Made by a program: the position numbers and the translations under genes | The notes under the pieces: generated by a model | Seen by the model: the letters and a program-made list of their open reading frames with translations, nothing else | Databases searched by the model: none | Told to the model about the DNA's origin: nothing | From: a virus | Virus record (IMG/VR): IMGVR_UViG_3300005836_000042 | Coordinates: 3,616-67,615 of that record | DNA: 64,000 bases | Reading direction: 5' to 3' (one strand) | In this document: positions 62,643 through 64,000 of the stretch, piece after piece | Position numbering within the stretch: the stretch's first letter is position 1 | Layout: each line of letters starts with the position of its first letter

Positions 62643-62846
62643 CTAGCTCCTTTGCTCGGGGTTGGTGGGGACGTCAGCCTGGAGGGCGTTGATCAGCTCC
62701 AGGGCGTTGGGGTTGATGGGCAGAAGATGAGAGGGCTTGTCGCCCCAGGAGAGCAGGCGGGCCTTGACGGCCCCCCTCCGCCCCGATGCGCTGAGGCGGA
62801 GGGGGAACAGGTACGCCAGAACGAAGGCGGCGATGAGGTAGGTCAC
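62643..62846 (-). CDS. small membrane protein
   Basis: GTG 62846, hydrophobic N-terminus. Confidence 0.55.
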   Translation of the reverse strand: MTYLIAAFVLAYLFPLRLSASGRRGAVKARLLSWGDKPSHLLPINPNALELINALQADVPTNPEQRS

Positions 62847-63139
62847 TCCGCACCTCCCATGAAGCCCGCCACGTAGGCGATGAGCGTGCGCCCCACGAAC
62901 CACACGGGGATCACGAGCAGGATGGCCGTCTCGGTGTGGACGGGCAGGGTCTTGAACATGATGTCGCTGAAGACGAGCAGGTCGAGCAGGCTGTGGACGC
63001 CCACGGGCGAGGTGGCCGCGTGGCGGATGCGCTCGACGTGGGTGATGGGCTTGCGGCGACGGCTGGACGGCTTGCGGTGGGTCAGCAGGCGGTCGACGGT
63101 CAGCTCGGCGCGCTCGGCGCTCGTCCTCGGCTTGTTCAT
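62843..63139 (-). CDS. membrane protein with basic N-terminus
   Basis: ATG 63139, AAAGGA SD. Confidence 0.65.
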   Translation of the reverse strand: MNKPRTSAERAELTVDRLLTHRKPSSRRRKPITHVERIRHAATSPVGVHSLLDLLVFSDIMFKTLPVHTETAILLVIPVWFVGRTLIAYVAGFMGGAE

Positions 63140-63234
63140 GGCTAAGTCCTTTCTGCTCGGTCGGTTGGATTCGGCCGGGCCGATCCAGGCGGGCGGGGCG
63201 GGCGCAAATTCGCGGAGAGTGGTAGGCTCTTGAG

Positions 63235-63720
63235 GTGGGGACGCACAGCGCGAAACTAGCGGATGCACCTCGGGCGAAGATGACCCGCAAGGTCCAGGCG
63301 TTTCTGGAGGTGATCCGCACGACTCCGGGGGTTACTGACACGGAAGCGGCTCGGAAAGCGGGCTATTCGAGCCCGAGGTATCACGCCCATTTGGTGAGGA
63401 GGAAGTGGGCGCAGGCGGTTCATGAGGCTGAGGTTGAGGCGAGGCGGACGTTGAAGATGTCAGCTGATGAGGCTGAGGGGGTTGTGGCAGCAGTAGCGAG
63501 AGACCCCATTCATCGTGACCGCTTGAAGGCAGCAGAGATCATGCTCAAGTTGCACGGCAAGCTCTCTGAGAAGTTGCAGGTTGTTGTGGACAGGCCAACC
63601 CTCAACAAGCAGCTCGACGAGCTACTGCAACAAATGGCCGAGCAACGAGCCGTAGAAGTTGCAGTTGTGCAGCATGCTGTCCCCAAGGAGCTTCCCCCAA
63701 GCAGCGAAGCTGACAGTTGA
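63235..63720 (+). CDS. terS: terminase small subunit-like HTH protein (likely start ATG 63280)
   Basis: TEAARKAGYS HTH, then helical region and RLKAAEIMLKLHG motif typical of TerS. Confidence 0.6.
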   Translation: MGTHSAKLADAPRAKMTRKVQAFLEVIRTTPGVTDTEAARKAGYSSPRYHAHLVRRKWAQAVHEAEVEARRTLKMSADEAEGVVAAVARDPIHRDRLKAAEIMLKLHGKLSEKLQVVVDRPTLNKQLDELLQQMAEQRAVEVAVVQHAVPKELPPSSEADS

Positions 63721-63872
63721 GGTAGCGCTCAGCTGGTAACGGGGGTCGTAGGTGGTAGCTGGGGTAGCGCTGCGGCCTCCCCCCCCCTCCGTCGCCCATC
63801 TACCATCATGCTTCTCGCGTCACGCTTCACGCATGTTGCGCCTACCGTCACCGTCATGGGTGGAGGTACACA

Positions 63873-64000
63873 ATGGCGAACATGGAGTATGTCACGGTCG
63901 AAATCAAGGACGCGAACGGCAAGATCATCACTAGCCAGACGGCGGATTTCCGCACCTTCAAGAGTGGCAAGAAGGGATGGGGCGCCTACGGCAAGGTCAA
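63873..64000 (+). CDS. partial ORF running off the window (MANMEYVTVEIKDANGK...FRTFKSGKKGWGAYGKV)
   Basis: GGAGG SD at 63862; open to the window end. Confidence 0.65.
   Translation, partial: MANMEYVTVEIKDANGKIITSQTADFRTFKSGKKGWGAYGKV

Larger units (their letters stand above)
55484..63210 (-). promoter_or_regulatory. dispersed oriented motif (A/G)ATTTGCGCCC, 5 copies at 55484, 57900, 59936, 60933, 63200
   Basis: Plus-strand GGGCGCAAAT exact at all five sites, each 29-61 nt upstream of a minus-strand start codon. Confidence 0.7.

Noticed and set aside
55484-63210. Reading the repeated motif as a sigma70 -35 or sigma54 -12 box
   Set aside because: No TAnnnT 16-18 nt downstream and no TGGCAC 11 nt upstream at the copies examined
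1-64000. CRISPR array, tRNA genes, integrase/att sites
   Set aside because: No regularly spaced repeats, no cloverleaf with a T-loop motif noticed, no tyrosine or serine recombinase motifs; the Cas4-like gene sits in a recombination module with no cas neighbours
1-64000. Alternative genetic code
   Set aside because: Core genes are uninterrupted under code 11, and TAA, TAG and TGA all terminate well-coupled ORFs
63980-64000. Terminal redundancy with the window start
   Set aside because: Only a short CCTACGG is shared; the ORF runs off the right end, so the window is not evidently a closed circle

Overview
The window is about 64 kb of a GC-rich tailed dsDNA phage (Caudoviricetes). It looks podovirus-like (P22/T7-type organisation) and uses the standard genetic code. 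No integrase, tRNA, CRISPR array or reverse transcriptase was seen. Layout: (i) 1-3006, minus strand: small ORFs, a compact primase-like protein, an origin-like repeat tract and a RepA/AAA_25 helicase. (ii) 3104-40642, plus strand, late module: TerL, portal, scaffold, major capsid, adaptor, three signal-peptide-bearing proteins, T4-type lysozyme, a Cys-rich lipoprotein, nozzle-like proteins, ejection-like proteins, a 2600-aa polyvalent protein, tail-fibre genes, and a glycosyltransferase plus methyltransferase pair. (iii) 40753-63139, minus strand, early/middle module: a family A DNA polymerase split into two genes (UDG+exonuclease half and polymerase half) with five ORFs between them, SSB-like, Bet-like and Cas4-like recombination genes, a MoxR-AAA/VWA triad, and many small Zn-finger or membrane proteins. 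(iv) A TerS-like gene at 63235-63720. The most notable observations are: a shared AxxQAxAL peptide motif (8 copies in 7 late proteins, 5 near C-termini) that may be a capsid or ejection targeting signal; the split PolA with an atypical O-helix; a five-copy oriented AATTTGCGCCC motif upstream of early genes; identical UCUAC-loop hairpins abutting two late RBSs, one directly after a Com-like gene; and exported-type proteins inside the virion module. All family calls rest on motif recognition by eye; no database searches were run.
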